Position numbers and translations under genes: made by a program. Below are positions 63,044-64,000 of a stretch of DNA of 64,000 nt, in pieces. A model generated the notes under the pieces. It saw nothing but the letters and a program-made list of their open reading frames with translations. It had not been told where the DNA came from and made no database searches. Positions within the stretch are counted from its first letter, which is position 1; each line of letters starts with the position of its first letter. Source of the stretch: Candidatus Poseidoniaceae archaeon (lineage in GTDB: Archaea; Thermoplasmatota; Poseidoniia; Poseidoniales; Poseidoniaceae); the NCBI GenBank assembly GCA_949372875.1, contig CASIAW010000005.1:98586-162585 (forward strand), given 5' to 3'.

Positions 63044-64000
63044 ATGACCGATGAAGCCAGCGATGAAGTGGTGGATGTCGAAGAAACGCTTCGCCAACCA
63101 ATCGTTGCTGTAACTGGCCACGTCGATCACGGTAAAACCAGTCTACTCGACCTTCTCCGCTCAATTGGAGGAAATAAAACAAACGTCATGAACCGAGAAG
63201 CTGGCGGAATTACCCAAGAACTTGGCGTGACCAATGTACCTTCCGAACTGCTGGTAAAAGCAATTCAAACAATGCCGTTTAAAGAAAAACCGAAATTTGA
63301 AAGCCCTGGAATCATATTTTTGGATACTCCAGGGCACGAATCGTTTGGCTCTATTCGAAACCGGAGCGGCAGTGTAGCAGATATCGCTATTCTCATCGTG
63401 GACATCGTTGAAGGTTTCAAGCCCCAAACGATTCAAAGCATCCAAATCTTGGAGCAAAACAATATCCCGTTCATCATTGTGGGCAATAAAATAGACAGGA
63501 TTCACCGATGGGAGTCAAAGCGAGGGCGTTCTTCATGGCAATCGTGGAATGAGCAATCAAAAGATGCCCAAAAAATGGCTGATGACTTTTATTACAAACT
63601 TCTTGGGGAAGTCGCTTCGCATTCGAAATTTAATCTAGCGAAATACTGGGATGGAATCAAAACTTTTGACATCAAAAACGACCGGTTATTTGTTCCAATG
63701 AGTGCAAAAGAAGGAGAAGGATTGCAAGATCTACTTTTCGTTATTCTTGCAATGGCTGAAAAGTTTGCTCGAGAAGACCTCATTATTCACTCTGAAGACA
63801 TGGCTGAAGGCTATGTATTGGAGTCACGTGAGGAAATTGGGGTTGGAAAAACCATCGATATCATCCTCACAAAAGGTTCTATTCAAGTTGGAGATAGCGT
63901 AGCATACAACACAAATGAAGGCCCAATTGCTGATTCGTTCCATGACGATGATTCCTCAAGTGTTCGTATTCGCTCAATTCGCAAACCCATGGGTATGGCT
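63044..64000 (+). CDS. infB: Translation initiation factor aIF5B / IF2 (N-terminal part; continues beyond the window end)
   Basis: ATG at 63044. G-domain motifs VAVTGHVDHGKTSLLD (G1), DTPGHESF (G3), VGNKIDR (G4). Open frame to the window edge. Confidence 0.85.
   Translation, partial: MTDEASDEVVDVEETLRQPIVAVTGHVDHGKTSLLDLLRSIGGNKTNVMNREAGGITQELGVTNVPSELLVKAIQTMPFKEKPKFESPGIIFLDTPGHESFGSIRNRSGSVADIAILIVDIVEGFKPQTIQSIQILEQNNIPFIIVGNKIDRIHRWESKRGRSSWQSWNEQSKDAQKMADDFYYKLLGEVASHSKFNLAKYWDGIKTFDIKNDRLFVPMSAKEGEGLQDLLFVILAMAEKFAREDLIIHSEDMAEGYVLESREEIGVGKTIDIILTKGSIQVGDSVAYNTNEGPIADSFHDDDSSSVRIRSIRKPMGMA

Overview
This 64-kb window looks like a compact archaeal chromosomal segment, probably a marine planktonic euryarchaeon (Poseidoniales / Marine Group II-like). 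The taxonomic call is an inference from gene content: a conserved L7Ae-S28e-L24e-NDK-aIF5B cluster, an Hjc resolvase, geranylgeranyl reductase, a PGF-CTERM sorting signal, giant acidic surface proteins, and lipobox/leaderless-style gene starts. Roughly 90% of the window is coding.

Housekeeping genes include serS, folC, dCMP deaminase, prs, uvrB, an Lhr-type helicase, deoxyhypusine synthase, a site-2 protease, signal peptidase I, FKBP and a tRNA-Ile(GAU). There is also a biotin-dependent acyl-CoA carboxylase operon (carboxyltransferase, enoyl-CoA hydratase, biotin carboxylase, BCCP) and a redox/quinone block (CcmF-like heme lyase, geranylgeranyl reductase, halocyanin-like cupredoxin, UbiD and UbiA with a 1-nt overlap).

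The most unusual region is 37.5-52.5 kb.
- A 1594-aa lipobox / PGF-CTERM surface protein has thrombospondin-type-3-like Asp repeats followed by about 24 tandem two-cysteine modules ending in an LDL-receptor-class-A-like calcium-cage motif (VNDGxxDCxDGSDE).
- A metal-uptake locus follows: a NikR-like ribbon-helix-helix metalloregulator, then a divergently transcribed 1146-aa ZnuA/TroA-family solute-binding lipoprotein, then ZnuC- and ZnuB-like ABC components.
- In that ZnuA homolog the His-rich loop is expanded to about 800 aa. The expansion carries hundreds of His/Asp/Glu residues, three EF-hand-like loops, two of the same LDLa-like modules and a tandemly duplicated Cys/His motif.
- The divergent promoter between the NikR-like gene and the ZnuA-like gene holds a perfect 10-N16-10 inverted repeat. 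A neighbouring lipoprotein promoter has two 14-bp palindromes bracketing a TATA box.

All functional assignments come from reading motifs by eye. No database search was run.
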